Part shown: positions 9,228-19,761 of the stretch, piece after piece
Numbering within the stretch: the first letter of the stretch is position 1
Layout of the letters: every line of letters starts with the position of its first letter
NCBI GenBank assembly: GCA_963812135.1
Contig: CAWETU010000001.1
Span: 1,600,001 to 1,664,000 of the forward strand
Reading direction: 5' to 3'
DNA: 64,000 bases
Source: Vulcanimicrobiota bacterium
GTDB taxonomy: Bacteria; Vulcanimicrobiota; Vulcanimicrobiia; Eremiobacterales; Eremiobacteraceae
The notes under the pieces: generated by a model
Database searches by the model: none
Seen by the model: only the letters and a program-made list of their open reading frames with translations
What the model was told of the DNA's origin: nothing
Program-made: the position numbers and the translations under genes

Positions 9228-9587
9228 TCAGCGGTGCCATAGGGCCGTACCGAACAACAACGCGCCGACCGCGATCGCCGCGAGGCTGGCCGCGAGCACC
9301 GCGGCGGCTCCCGCGTGCTTCGCCCGGCGTGCGTGCTCGTTTTCCTCCGGTGCCGCGCAATCGACCGTATGCTCCAGCGCGGTGTTGAACAACTCGGCGG
9401 CCAGCACTGCGCCGATGGTGAGCACGAGCACGGCTAAGCGGAGCGCGTCGAAATGCAACAGCGCAGCAGCGACGATCACCACGATGGCGACCACCGCTTG
9501 AATGCGCAGATTGCGCTGGGTTCTCAGCGACGCCGTCAGGCCATCCGTGGCGTCGGCGAGCGCCTGGCCAAACGAGCGGTCAGGCAT
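9228..9587 (-). CDS. dgkA: Diacylglycerol/undecaprenol kinase family protein
   Basis: QRNLRIQ, ELFNTALEHTVD, AKHAGAAAVL; follows ybeY. Confidence 0.88.
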   Translation of the reverse strand: MPDRSFGQALADATDGLTASLRTQRNLRIQAVVAIVVIVAAALLHFDALRLAVLVLTIGAVLAAELFNTALEHTVDCAAPEENEHARRAKHAGAAAVLAASLAAIAVGALLFGTALWHR

Positions 9588-10036
9588 CGTCGCGCAGCTC
9601 TGCCAACAACCGGCGAGTCAGCGAGTGCATGCGCGCGGCTTCCCGGCGCGTGTGGTGGTCGTGACCGCACAAGTGGAGCGCCCCGTGCACGATCAGCCGG
9701 GTGATCTCCTCGCCGAGCGTGGCGTCATAGTCGCGCGCTTGCCGGCGCGCGGCGTCGACCGAGACGACGATGTCGCCGAACGGCTCGCCCGGCGTGGCGC
9801 CGGTGCCAAGATCGAACGACAGCACGTCGGTCGTCGCATCGCGGCCGCGATAGCGCCGGTTGAGTTTGCGCACCGACTGCATCGCCAGCCAGCACCAGCG
9901 TCACGTCGCCGCGCACGTGCGGCGCGGCGCGCGCCAACGTGCGCAAGATCGCGCGCTCGAACGGGGCCGTGCGCTTCGGCGCGCCGCGAGCGCGCTTGAC
10001 GAAGACGCGCGGCCCGTCAACGTTTGCCGCGGGCAT
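9580..10036 (-). CDS. ybeY: rRNA maturation RNase YbeY, frameshifted near 9876-9880
   Basis: N-part (...[10 protein letters not shown]) and C-part ([36 protein letters not shown]) are in different frames. Confidence 0.88.
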
Positions 10037-10970
10037 AGGCATCGATGATGCGCCGGATGAGTGGATGGCGCACGATGTCGACGTCGGTCAACTGCACGAC
10101 CGCCGTGTCGGGGACGCCGTCGAAGAGCCGCGACGCCGCCACGAGGCCCGATTCCACCGACGACGGCAGATCGATCTGCGTCACGTCGCCGCACACCAGC
10201 ATACGCGAGCCCGCGCCGATGCGCGTGAGGAACATCTTCATCTGCTCGTTCGTCGTGTTCTGCGCTTCATCCAAGACGATGAACGATTCGGCCAGCGTGC
10301 GGCCGCGCATGTACGCCAGCGGGGCGACCTCGATCTGGCCGCGTTCGACCGCGCGCGTGACGGCTTGCGGCTCGAGGATCTCACCGAGCGCGTCGAATAG
10401 CGGGCGCAGATAGGGATCGACCTTCTCTTGCATGTCGCCCGGCAGGAAGCCGAGCTTCTCACCGGCCTCGACTGCCGGCCGCGAGAGCACGATTCGCTGC
10501 ACGCGACCGGCGCGAAGCGCCGCCAACGCGAGCACCACCGCGAGAAAGGTCTTGCCCGTACCGGCCGGGCCGATCGCCAAGCATAACGTGTTCGCGGCGA
10601 CCGCTTCGACCAATGCGCGCTGGCCCGGCGTCCTCGGCCGTATGGGCCGGCCACGGCGCGTCGTCGCAAGCGTTCCTTCGGACGTCTCCGGCTCGAGGCC
10701 ATCGCGTGCGGCGCGCAGCGCCAGCTCGACGTCGAGCGCGTTCACATCCGATCCGCTGCGCGCTGCTTTGATGAGGGTGTCGAGCGCCGACGACGCGATC
10801 GCCACGTGGCGCGGATCGCCGGTGATGACGACCTCATCGCCGTCGACGTGCAGCACGACGCCGGCACCGCGCTCAAGGTGTGTGAGATTGGTGTCGAACT
10901 CGCCGAACAAGCGCACGCGGTCTTCGAGACCGCGCATGCTCATCCGGGTTTCTGATTCAGCTTGCGCCAA
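10017..10970 (-). CDS. phoH: PhoH family ATPase
   Basis: [44 protein letters not shown]. Confidence 0.95.
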   Translation of the reverse strand: MAQAESETRMSMRGLEDRVRLFGEFDTNLTHLERGAGVVLHVDGDEVVITGDPRHVAIASSALDTLIKAARSGSDVNALDVELALRAARDGLEPETSEGTLATTRRGRPIRPRTPGQRALVEAVAANTLCLAIGPAGTGKTFLAVVLALAALRAGRVQRIVLSRPAVEAGEKLGFLPGDMQEKVDPYLRPLFDALGEILEPQAVTRAVERGQIEVAPLAYMRGRTLAESFIVLDEAQNTTNEQMKMFLTRIGAGSRMLVCGDVTQIDLPSSVESGLVAASRLFDGVPDTAVVQLTDVDIVRHPLIRRIIDAYARGKR

Positions 10971-10993
10971 TGCTCGCCGCGGATCCTAGAGGC

Positions 10994-11653
10994 TCACCAG
11001 CCGCCAGGCTGCAGGGGCTCTTCGCGCAAGCCCGCGCACGTTCCGATGACGGCTTGGGCGACGATCGCAAACGCGAGGCCTGCCGGATTGTGGAACGCGG
11101 TCGCGGGCTCGCCGCCGACAAACGCGGTGGCGAGCAGAGGTTGTTGCGTGGTGGGCGCGAGCAGCGGCGCCATCAACGTCTGCGCGCCGGCACGCAGATC
11201 GAGGATCGACGATAACGTGCCCGTGAGCGCTTGGCCTGCGCTCACTTGCACCGCCGGTGATGCGGCCGCGGCACGGGCCGCGCTTACGGTCAGCGTCGCC
11301 GCCGCCTTGGCGGCTTGAATATCCGCTGCGACGTCGCGCAGCGCCGCTTCGACCCCAGTGGCGGACGTCGGGCTGCCAAAATCGCTCGTCGCCTGCGTGA
11401 GGTCCGCGCGAACTTCGTCGGTGATCTCGCGCGTCGCCGTGGACATGCGTCGCACTTGCGGCGACTGCTCGACGTCTTGTTCCGCGGCCGCGATCTCCGC
11501 AGGGGCGTTCGCTCTGACCTGTTTGAGCCCGCGCCGCAGTGCGGACACCGTGGTCGTCACGATCCAAAAGAGGATGATGGCGGCCCAGATCCACCCGCCC
11601 ATGTCGGCGAGGTGCACTGGGCCGCCCGCGTTCGTGAGAACGGCCAGTACCAT
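10994..11653 (-). CDS. Hypothetical membrane protein downstream of floA
   Basis: Abuts floA stop; one TM then Ala/Thr-rich helix; occupies the yqfB position. Confidence 0.65.
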   Translation of the reverse strand: MVLAVLTNAGGPVHLADMGGWIWAAIILFWIVTTTVSALRRGLKQVRANAPAEIAAAEQDVEQSPQVRRMSTATREITDEVRADLTQATSDFGSPTSATGVEAALRDVAADIQAAKAAATLTVSAARAAAASPAVQVSAGQALTGTLSSILDLRAGAQTLMAPLLAPTTQQPLLATAFVGGEPATAFHNPAGLAFAIVAQAVIGTCAGLREEPLQPGGW

Positions 11654-12679
11654 CTAGGAGCCGGAGGCCGGCGGCGTCGTTGGCGGTGGGATGGTGCCGC
11701 TCGAACCGCTGCTCTGCGCACCGCCGCCCGAGATCGACTGACGCATCTCCGTATCCGCGAGGACGTTGCGCATGCGGTAGTAATCCATGACGCCCAAGTG
11801 GCCGCTGCGGAACGCGTCGGCGACAGCGGTCGGCACGAGCGCTTCGGCCTCGACGACCTTGGCGCGCATCGCCTGCGTCTGCGCCTTCATCTCTTGCTCT
11901 TGCGCGAGCGCGGCGTACTGCCGCTCTGCCGCTTTCGCCTGGGCGACACGCCGGTCGGCTTCGGCCTGCGCCGTCTGCAGATCGGCGCCGATGTTGCGCC
12001 CGACGTCGACGTCGGCGATGTCGATCGACACGATCTCAAACGCCGTGCCGGCATCGAGTCCTTTGGCGAGCACCGTCTTGCTGATGTGATCCGGGTTCTC
12101 GAGCACTTCTTTATAGATGTCGGAGCTGCCGATCGCCGCCACGACGCCCTCGCCCACGCGCGCGATGATGGTCGGTTCGCCGGCGCCGCCGACGTAACGC
12201 TCCATGTTGGTGCGCACCGTGATGCGCGCCTTGACGTTGAGCTGAATGCCGTCTTTCGCGACGCCTTGGAAGACCGGCGTCTCGATGACCTTGGGATTGA
12301 CCGAGGTCTGCACCGCGTCGAGCGGGCTGCGCCCGGCGAGATCGATGGCCGTCGCCTTGCCCCAATCGAGCGGAATGCCGGCGCGCTGCGCGGCGATGAG
12401 CGAGAGCACGTCGCGGTCCAGATGACCGCCCGACAGATACTGGGTGACGAGCATGTCAGACGTGATCGCGAGGCCGGCCTTGCGGCCGGTGATGAGCGAG
12501 TCCACGATGATCCCCGGCGGCACGCCCATGACGCGCATGCGCACCAGGCTGAAGATGCTCAGCGAGACGCCCGCCGCCAACGCCTTGATCCACCAGCGGA
12601 AATAGTTCAACAGCGTCACGAACGCGACGAGCAGGACGACGAGAAGGATGAAGATGCCGATACCGATCCCGAAAACCAT
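11654..12679 (-). CDS. floA: Flotillin-like protein FloA (YqfA)
   Basis: [58 protein letters not shown]. Confidence 0.95.
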   Translation of the reverse strand: MVFGIGIGIFILLVVLLVAFVTLLNYFRWWIKALAAGVSLSIFSLVRMRVMGVPPGIIVDSLITGRKAGLAITSDMLVTQYLSGGHLDRDVLSLIAAQRAGIPLDWGKATAIDLAGRSPLDAVQTSVNPKVIETPVFQGVAKDGIQLNVKARITVRTNMERYVGGAGEPTIIARVGEGVVAAIGSSDIYKEVLENPDHISKTVLAKGLDAGTAFEIVSIDIADVDVGRNIGADLQTAQAEADRRVAQAKAAERQYAALAQEQEMKAQTQAMRAKVVEAEALVPTAVADAFRSGHLGVMDYYRMRNVLADTEMRQSISGGGAQSSGSSGTIPPPTTPPASGS

Positions 12680-12688
12680 GAACGCTCC

Positions 12689-14023
12689 TTACGCTTCGCG
12701 CGTGACGAAGATGGTCGCGCCTTCGACGCGCGAGACGACGATGGGGGTCTGAGCCGGGATGAAGTCGCCGCGCGTCTGCACCTGATACCTGTTGCCGTCG
12801 ATCGATGCGACGCCGGCAGGGCGCAGATACGTCTCCGCGAGGCCGTGTTTGCCTACGAGATAATCGAGCGGTTTGGAAGTCGCGTAGCCGGCTTCGACCG
12901 ACTGCGCTCCCGCGAATGCGATGCGCCGCACGAATGCGCTCTCCGGCAGCCAGCGCAAGAGCACGAAGAACACGATGATCGCGAGCGCGAGCGAGGCGAA
13001 CGTGTAGAGAACGCCCTGGAACCAGAACGCTGCGCCAAACGCGAGCACGATGCTTGCGATGATGAGCAGCGCCCCGATCAATCCGGAGATGCCATGGCCG
13101 GGCAACACGTGCAGTTCGAACAGCAGCGCGACCACCCCGAGCCCGAAGAGCGCGAGAATGACCCAGTTCGACGCGCCTGCGATGATATGGCCGCCGAAGA
13201 AGAGTGCGAGCGCGGCGATGCCGATGATGCCGGCAACGAGATGCAGCGTCTGCATCTCGACGAACAGGCCGAGGAATCCGATGGTGAGCAGGATGCCCGA
13301 GACGATCGGGTCGGTGACGAATTGCGCGATGCGCTCGCCAAGCGACGGCTCGGTGGTCGCGAGCACCGCGTTGTGGATGCCGGCGCTCTCGAGCGCTGCG
13401 ACCGGTGTGTCCGCGACGCCGTCGATAAACTTCAGTTTGAGCGCCTGCTCGGCGGACAACGTGAGCAAGTGGCCTTTTGGTTTGATGCCGGGGATCTCGA
13501 CCGACGGATCGACCATCCCCATCGCGATCAGCGGATCGCGGTGATGCGCCTCGGCGAGCGATTGGAACTCGGCCTTCACCGCGGAGATCGCCTTCTCGCC
13601 GGCAGGCTGCGTCGTGCCGCCGCCGCCGATCAACACGGGTTCGGCCGCGCCGATCGACGACTCGGGCGCCATATAGATCTTGTCGCACGCCAGCGAGATC
13701 AACGCACCTGCGGACCACGCGCGATCCACATACGCGATCGTCGTCAGGCCCGAGGTGCGCAGCGCATCTTTGATGTCGTTGGCATCATCCACGAGACCGC
13801 CGTTGGTCTTGATCTGGAGCAGCAGCACGTTGGCGCCGCGCGCCTTCGCATCGTCGATCGCGCGCTGCACCCGATGCGCCATGCCGGCGTTGATCGTGCC
13901 GTCGATCTGCACGATTTGCACGTTAGTCGCGCGCGTGGTGGCAGCGCCGGCGAGGCCGACCGCGCCGAGCACCATCGCGACCAGCGATGCGACGAGGATG
14001 ATCATGCGAAAGCGATGCGTCAC
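12689..14023 (-). CDS. NfeD family long-form protein (YqeZ-like)
   Basis: IKTNGGLVD, AWSAGALI, TM block, LRPAG OB-fold. Confidence 0.92.
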   Translation of the reverse strand: MTHRFRMIILVASLVAMVLGAVGLAGAATTRATNVQIVQIDGTINAGMAHRVQRAIDDAKARGANVLLLQIKTNGGLVDDANDIKDALRTSGLTTIAYVDRAWSAGALISLACDKIYMAPESSIGAAEPVLIGGGGTTQPAGEKAISAVKAEFQSLAEAHHRDPLIAMGMVDPSVEIPGIKPKGHLLTLSAEQALKLKFIDGVADTPVAALESAGIHNAVLATTEPSLGERIAQFVTDPIVSGILLTIGFLGLFVEMQTLHLVAGIIGIAALALFFGGHIIAGASNWVILALFGLGVVALLFELHVLPGHGISGLIGALLIIASIVLAFGAAFWFQGVLYTFASLALAIIVFFVLLRWLPESAFVRRIAFAGAQSVEAGYATSKPLDYLVGKHGLAETYLRPAGVASIDGNRYQVQTRGDFIPAQTPIVVSRVEGATIFVTREA

Positions 14024-14475
14024 GTTTTGCCTGCCATCGCGGTCTTGACCGCTTCTTGGATCGCCTTGCCGTTCGCGCGCTTGGCGAGCGCGGGCATGAC
14101 GGCTTTCATGGCGTCGCCGAACTTGGCGTCGGGCGCGAGGCGCGCGATGATGCTGGCAACTTCCGCTTGCAATTGCGCGGGTGATAGGTCGGCGGGTAGA
14201 TATTCTTTGAGGATCTCGCGCTCGCGCTTCTCTTTGTCGGCGAGATCGGTGCGGCCGGCCTTTGAGAACTCCTCGATCGAATCTTCGCGCTGCTTGACCT
14301 GCTTGCGCACGACGTCTTCTTGCTCTTCGCTCGAAAGGGCTGCGCTGCGCTCGATGCGGCGATAGTTCATCGCTGAGATGGCCATACGCAGCGTCGCCAT
14401 GCGGTCGGCGTCGCGTGCCTTCATCGCCGCTTTCAGGTCATCGCCCAGGCGGTCGACGATGCTTTTGTCTTCCAT
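14020..14475 (-). CDS. yqeY: GatB/YqeY domain protein
   Basis: DLKAAMKARD, KQREDSIEEF..GR.DLA, EYLPA. Confidence 0.93.
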   Translation of the reverse strand: MEDKSIVDRLGDDLKAAMKARDADRMATLRMAISAMNYRRIERSAALSSEEQEDVVRKQVKQREDSIEEFSKAGRTDLADKEKREREILKEYLPADLSPAQLQAEVASIIARLAPDAKFGDAMKAVMPALAKRANGKAIQEAVKTAMAGKT

Positions 14476-14495
14476 TGTCCTACGTACAAAGATTA

Positions 14496-14516
14496 GGGGC
14501 GACCGGTGGTCGCCCC
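14496..14516 (-). terminator. Hairpin downstream of rpsU (weak terminator or stabiliser)
   Basis: Perfect 9-bp stem GGGGCGACC-3 nt-GGTCGCCCC, poor U tract. Confidence 0.45.
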
Positions 14517-14535
14517 CTCTGCGTTGCGGTTTCGC

Positions 14536-14706
14536 CTACGATCGGCGCTTGCGCGCCGCGGCGGATTTCTTTTTGCGGCGCACGCTCGGTTTTTCGTAGT
14601 GCTCGTGGCGGCGCGCTTCGGCGAGGACGCCTGACTTTTGGCACATCTTCTTGAAGCGTTTGAGGGCGCTGTCGATCGATTCGTTCGGACCGACTCTCGT
14701 TTCCAT
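14536..14706 (-). CDS. rpsU: 30S ribosomal protein S21
   Basis: Manual translation: [56 protein letters not shown]. Confidence 0.97.
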   Translation of the reverse strand: METRVGPNESIDSALKRFKKMCQKSGVLAEARRHEHYEKPSVRRKKKSAAARKRRS

Positions 14707-14891
14707 TCTGGGACACCCCCTTTTCGCTTTTCAGCCCGGTGCGGCCGGGCAACAACAGCCGTTTTTAGACGCGGAATGCGGGCCCGCTGGCCCGCACTAT
14801 CGCTTTCTCCAGCTATATTCGCCGGGGGGCAAAACCCGCCCTTGCGAGGCGTTTTCACGCTCGCCAAAGGGTGTTGGTGTCCCGCGTTTCG

Positions 14892-15335
14892 CTAGCTGTT
14901 GACCGCCTCGTAGAAGGCCTGAAGGTCTTCGAGGCTATTCAGCGTGACGGCGTCCTTGACGTCTGCGCGCTTCAATCCGGTCCATCCCCGGATTCTGTTG
15001 GCCGTCTCGTCGCCGTGGTTGTATCCGCGCACGTTCTCGTTGTGTTTGCGGACCGTATCCGGATCGGTTTTGCCGTGCGCGATGACCCACTCTTCGAACT
15101 CCACGTAGGTCGGCTTTTTCGATCGCACATACGCGACGACGTCTTCTTTTTTGAGTCCGAGATCGTTGACGGTCAGTTGGTCAAACCCGCTGCCGAAGGC
15201 GTCGTAGTCTTCCGGCAGCCTGCCGGCGGCATCTAGGGTGAGCTTCGCCCACAGGCGCGGCAGATGGATAGCGCCCAACGGTCCTGCCGTGCCCGAGCTG
15301 ACCAATGGGATGATGTGCGTTGCGGTGGTAGCCAT
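14892..15335 (-). CDS. DUF5069-like protein
   Basis: GPLGAIHLPRLWAK..AGRLPEDY...FDQ motif. Confidence 0.7.
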   Translation of the reverse strand: MATTATHIIPLVSSGTAGPLGAIHLPRLWAKLTLDAAGRLPEDYDAFGSGFDQLTVNDLGLKKEDVVAYVRSKKPTYVEFEEWVIAHGKTDPDTVRKHNENVRGYNHGDETANRIRGWTGLKRADVKDAVTLNSLEDLQAFYEAVNS

Positions 15336-15336
15336 G

Positions 15337-16236
15337 TCAATTCGCTCCTTTAGGTGCGTGTCGTGAACGAAACGTCAATTCGGCGACGCCTGATTTATCA
15401 AGCTCGCCGAGGCCGGCGTCCATCATCGCCTTGTACTGCTGCTCCGTCGCTTCGGCGAGCGGGAGGCGCAGGCCAGCCGCTTGCGCGAGCGACAACGCGA
15501 TGCCGGAATCTTTCGCAGCGTGCGCGGCTGAGAAGTACACTTCGTGCTCGCGGTTCTGCATGTCGGCGCCGTCTGTCTCGAGGACCCGCGAGTTGGCTCC
15601 TGTCTGGCTGAACACCTCGCGCACCATGTCGAGATCGAGCCCGAGCGCGTCGGCAAGGCCGAGCCCCTCCGCGAGTCCGGCGGTGTTGATGTTCATGACC
15701 ATGTTGACGAGCGCCTTGACCTTCGCCGCGGATCCCGCAGGACCGATGTACTTGAGCGAGGAGCTCATCTTCTCCAGCATCGGCCGCGCGCGTTCGAATG
15801 CCTCGCGCGTGCCGCCGCACATCAAGTAAAGCGTGCCGTTGCGTGCCTGCGGGATCGAGCTTGCCATGCACGCTTCGAGCGACTGTGCGCCCGCCGCCGA
15901 TGCGGCCGCTTCGACCTCGACGTGCACGCCGGGCGATACCGTCGCGCAGTTGACGAACAACCGGCCGTTCGCACCCGACAACAAGCTGTCGTCGGATCGC
16001 GCGAAGATCTCCCGCATCGAGCGGTCGTCGCTCACCACGGTGACGATCGTATCCGCGGCGCCGGTGACGGCTGCCAGCGACGGGGCTGCGACCGCGCCGA
16101 GCTCCGCAGCCACCTGCGCGCCGACGTCCGGCCGCGCGTCGAACACCGCCGCGACCGGATACCCCACGTCTTTGAGCCGCCGCCCGATGTTGGCGCCCAT
16201 GCGCCCGGCGCCGACGATCCCGATCTTCTCTTTCAT
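15337..16236 (-). CDS. NAD(P)-dependent beta-hydroxyacid dehydrogenase family oxidoreductase
   Basis: IGIVGAGRMG, GTLYLMCGG, catalytic K in AKVKALVN, AKD. Confidence 0.9.
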   Translation of the reverse strand: MKEKIGIVGAGRMGANIGRRLKDVGYPVAAVFDARPDVGAQVAAELGAVAAPSLAAVTGAADTIVTVVSDDRSMREIFARSDDSLLSGANGRLFVNCATVSPGVHVEVEAAASAAGAQSLEACMASSIPQARNGTLYLMCGGTREAFERARPMLEKMSSSLKYIGPAGSAAKVKALVNMVMNINTAGLAEGLGLADALGLDLDMVREVFSQTGANSRVLETDGADMQNREHEVYFSAAHAAKDSGIALSLAQAAGLRLPLAEATEQQYKAMMDAGLGELDKSGVAELTFRSRHAPKGAN

Positions 16237-16246
16237 CTCGCCCTCC

Positions 16247-16594
16247 TCAGCCGGGCGGCCAAGCGAAATGCCGGCCAGAGACGACGTGCACGTGCAAATG
16301 GTAGACGGTCTGTCCGGCGGCGGCGCCGTTGTTGATCACGACGCGGTAACCGCGCTCGCCTCCGCGCGCCGCGCCGAGATCGCCCGCGACCTTGAGCAGC
16401 TTGCCGAGCAGCTCCGGCGCGCCGTCGCCGATCGCGTCGGTGAGCGTGGCATGGTGCTCGCGCGGCACGACGAGGATGTGTTCGGGCGCGATCGGCCGGG
16501 CATCGGCAAAGGCGACCACCTGGTCATCCTCATACAAGAATTCGGTTTTGATCTTGCCTGCGATGATGTCGCAGAACACGCATGCATCCGCCAT
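16247..16594 (-). CDS. Histidine triad nucleotide-binding protein (HinT)
   Basis: CVFCDI, GQTVYHLHVH, WPPG. Confidence 0.95.
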   Translation of the reverse strand: MADACVFCDIIAGKIKTEFLYEDDQVVAFADARPIAPEHILVVPREHHATLTDAIGDGAPELLGKLLKVAGDLGAARGGERGYRVVINNGAAAGQTVYHLHVHVVSGRHFAWPPG

Positions 16595-16597
16595 CGG

Positions 16598-18198
16598 CTA
16601 CTGTGCGATCCACATGTCTTGGAACAGTTCCGCGCTGTCGGGATGCGGCACGTAGCCTTTGACTTTGACATTGAACGAGATCGGCGGGCTGGTGTGCGCG
16701 AGCGGCACGCACGGCGCCTGGTCGTGCACTAAGGTGAGCGCCTGCTTGTATAAGGCCGAGCGTCTGCTCTTGTCGGTGACCACCTGAGCCTGCGTGACGA
16801 GTTGATGGAAGCGCGGATCTTTCCAGAAGCACACGTTTTGGGCGCCCGGCGGCGTCGCCGAATCGCGGTCCAGCAGCACGTAGAGATAGTTGTCCGGGTC
16901 GCCGTTGTCGCCGCTCCAGCCGAACAGCGCCATGTCCGCTTCGGCGTTCTGCACGCGCTGCAAGTACGTCCCCCACTCGAACCCTTCCAGTGTCGCGTTG
17001 ATGCCGACGGATTTGAGATTCGCCTGGATCGCTTCGGCCACGCGTTGCGGTTCCGGCAGATATGGTCGTGGCAGCGACATGTACCAAAGCGTCGTCGAGA
17101 ATCCGTTCGGGTAACCCGCCTTGGCGAGCAGCGCGCGCGCATCGGCTGGATCGTACGGGTAGGACACCTTGATGCCGTGCGGCCACACCGCGTCGGGCAA
17201 GAACTCGTCGGCGACTTGCGCGCTCGGGTCGTAGAAGTTCTTCACGATCGCTTTGGCATCGATCGCCTCGTTGATCGCGCGGCGCACCAGCACGTTGTCG
17301 AACGGCCGCCGGCCGTTGTTCAACGCGAGGTACATCACGTTGTTGGGAGGCATGTGGTAGAGCGCGAGCGCTTTGTCTTTTGCGATGAGCGGCAGATCGT
17401 TCGGCTGCGGGTATTCCCAACCGTCGATCTCGCCCTTCTGCAGCGCGATCAAGCTCGATGAAGGATCGGGGATGTCGCGCAAGATGACGGTTTGGATGCG
17501 CGGTTTGGCGCCCCAATATCCGTCGAACGCTTTGAGGGTGATGTGGTCGTCCTTCACCCAGTCAGTCACCTGGTACGGCCCGGTGCCGATGGGCTCGCGG
17601 AAGTAATCCGCACCCCTGGCCTTCATCGCCGCCGGCGACGACATCGCGAACGCGGGCATGGCGAGATTGGCGAGCATCGGCGCGACGGGTTTCGTCAAGA
17701 CGATCTGCACCTTGTCTGGGGCAAGCACCCGTACGTCCCTGATGACGCCGGGCAAACCGCCGAACTGATCCTGGTAGTACGAATAGTCGCCTTTGAGCTG
17801 GACGTGCAGCGGATCGTCTTTGAGGCGCCAGCGATCGATATTGGTCTTGACCGCCGCGGCGTCGAAGCCGGTGCCGTCTTGGAATTTGACGTTGTGGCGC
17901 AGCACGAACGTCCAGGTGCGGCCGTCGGGCGAGAGCGTCCACGAGGTGGCGAGCCACGGCCGGATGTCAAAGGAGCCGGGCGCGTATTGCGTCAGCCCCT
18001 CCATCGTCGCGCGCGCGACGTTGAGCGACATGCCATCGGTGGCGACCGCTGGGTCGAGCTTGACCGCGTCCTTGTTACGGCCGAACACGAGCGTTTGCGA
18101 ACCGTTGCCTTGTTGCGCGCAACCGGCGCATGTAAGGAGCGCGGCGGCCGCGAGGCCTGCGAGCGCTGCGCGGCCGCGTGCGGTGAAGCGCGCGCTCA
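16598..18198 (-). CDS. ABC transporter substrate-binding lipoprotein, family 5 (DppA-like)
   Basis: Lipobox AGC; LDPA, LATSW, VKFQDGT, PIGTGPY, RPYLPEP, GWSGDNGDPDN; start 18198 or 18223. Confidence 0.92.
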
Positions 18199-19761
18199 TC
18201 GGCTGGAGATCACGAACGACCACGAGTAATCGAGCGCGTTGCCGGCGACGTCGGCGCCTCTCACGCGGACCGCGATCGTGCCTTCGTGCAGGTCGGCGAC
18301 CGGAAAATAGGAGATAAACGCGCCCGTGCGGGTCGATTGCGACGTGACATCTTTGCCGTCGACGAGCAGCTGCAGGCTGCCGGCGTCCATGCCTTTGCCG
18401 CCGAGCGTCTCAAACGTGACGTAGATGCTTGGGCGCAAGGAATTCACGCGCGCGCCCGTGCCCGGTGCGGTCTCTTTGACTTGCGGGGGTTCGGTGATGA
18501 TGTTGAGCGGCTGCGGTCCGACGGCGTGCGCGGTCTGGCCGCCTTTGGTCAGCGTCACCAAGATCGGCGCGTCGATGAGGTTCGTGCCGACCTGCACCGT
18601 GTACGTCCCCTCGTAATGCCCTGGGCGGACTTCGCGCATAGGGGTGGCGAGGATCACGTTGCTCAGATCAAACGATGCGGTGCCGCCTGATGTGCCGTCA
18701 AACGCGACGTCAACCGCTTGGCCGACGTGGAACGGATGATCCGTCCGCGCGAAGACATCGCTGATCTGCAGCGTCTGCGGGTTGGTCGTATCCGGCGGAG
18801 CCGTCGCAGTGGTGGCCGCTGGACGCCCCGGCGTGAACGCGACGACTTCGCGGACTTTGCCCGTGCGTGGATCGGAGCGCACGGTCACGATGTCGCCGCT
18901 GTGAAGATCGGCCATCGTGGCGGCTTTGCCGTCGAGCGTCACGCTCGTGGCGTGCTCGTCGGTGGCGATGACGCGGCCGCTCGCGAGCACCATATTCTGG
19001 CCGGCCACGCTGGCGATGGTGCCGCTGACGCCGGAGAACACGTCGGACATGGAAAGCACGCGGCCTTGCGAGTCGAGCGTCGCGAGCAACGTGTCTCCGG
19101 GCTTCACTTGCGCGAGAGTGCCGTCGCCGGCCACCGTGCCGTGCGTGTCGCGGAACTGCACCTTGGTGTTGGGCGGCACGGTGATGGTGTACGTCATCCC
19201 TTTGACGTCGATGTCCACAGAGGGCACGTCGGCGTTGGACGTCACGGTGGTCACGGTGCCTTCGAGCGTGTTGGCCGATTGGATCGGCGGTGCGGTCGGC
19301 GCGCCGTGCGGCGCAGATGGGCCGGCGAGCACCATGACGATCTCGTGCTTGGCTGCGTCGACTTTGAGGTTGGCGCCGAGCGCGTCCGCCAAGCCGCGCA
19401 GCGGCAACATGACGCGGCCGCCGACTTGCCTCGCAGGCGCCTCGAGTTTCTTGGGCTCGCCGTTGACGGTGACCGTCGGGTCATCGATGTGGAAGACCAT
19501 TTGGAGCAGCACGGTCGTGACGGTGACCTGCTTGCTCTTCGCATCGTAGTGGATGTCCGCGCCCAGCGCCTCGCCGACCGGACGCAGCGCGACGTACGTG
19601 CGCTGGTCCACTTGTGCGACCGCATCAGGAGCGAGCACGGTGCCGTTGACCACGATCGTGTCGGCGGCCGCGCGCGCCGCAACGGACGTCGCGATCGCGA
19701 CCGAAACGAGCGCCGCGCACATGAGGGCCGCTCGCCGCGCAAGATTCAACGCGCTAGACAT
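18196..19761 (-). CDS. Secreted protein with copper amine oxidase N-terminal (stalk) domain, beta-rich repeats and C-terminal Ig-like domain
   Basis: Signal peptide; RTYVALRPVGEALGA and RVMLPLRGLADALGA stalk motifs. Confidence 0.8.
   Translation of the reverse strand: MSSALNLARRAALMCAALVSVAIATSVAARAAADTIVVNGTVLAPDAVAQVDQRTYVALRPVGEALGADIHYDAKSKQVTVTTVLLQMVFHIDDPTVTVNGEPKKLEAPARQVGGRVMLPLRGLADALGANLKVDAAKHEIVMVLAGPSAPHGAPTAPPIQSANTLEGTVTTVTSNADVPSVDIDVKGMTYTITVPPNTKVQFRDTHGTVAGDGTLAQVKPGDTLLATLDSQGRVLSMSDVFSGVSGTIASVAGQNMVLASGRVIATDEHATSVTLDGKAATMADLHSGDIVTVRSDPRTGKVREVVAFTPGRPAATTATAPPDTTNPQTLQISDVFARTDHPFHVGQAVDVAFDGTSGGTASFDLSNVILATPMREVRPGHYEGTYTVQVGTNLIDAPILVTLTKGGQTAHAVGPQPLNIITEPPQVKETAPGTGARVNSLRPSIYVTFETLGGKGMDAGSLQLLVDGKDVTSQSTRTGAFISYFPVADLHEGTIAVRVRGADVAGNALDYSWSFVISSR

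Noticed and set aside
11315..14365. 1016-aa plus-strand ORF and other long antisense ORFs (e.g. 64-1167, 21649-23514, 39743-42037)
   Set aside because: Shadow frames of real minus-strand genes; expected from high GC3, with no protein motifs.
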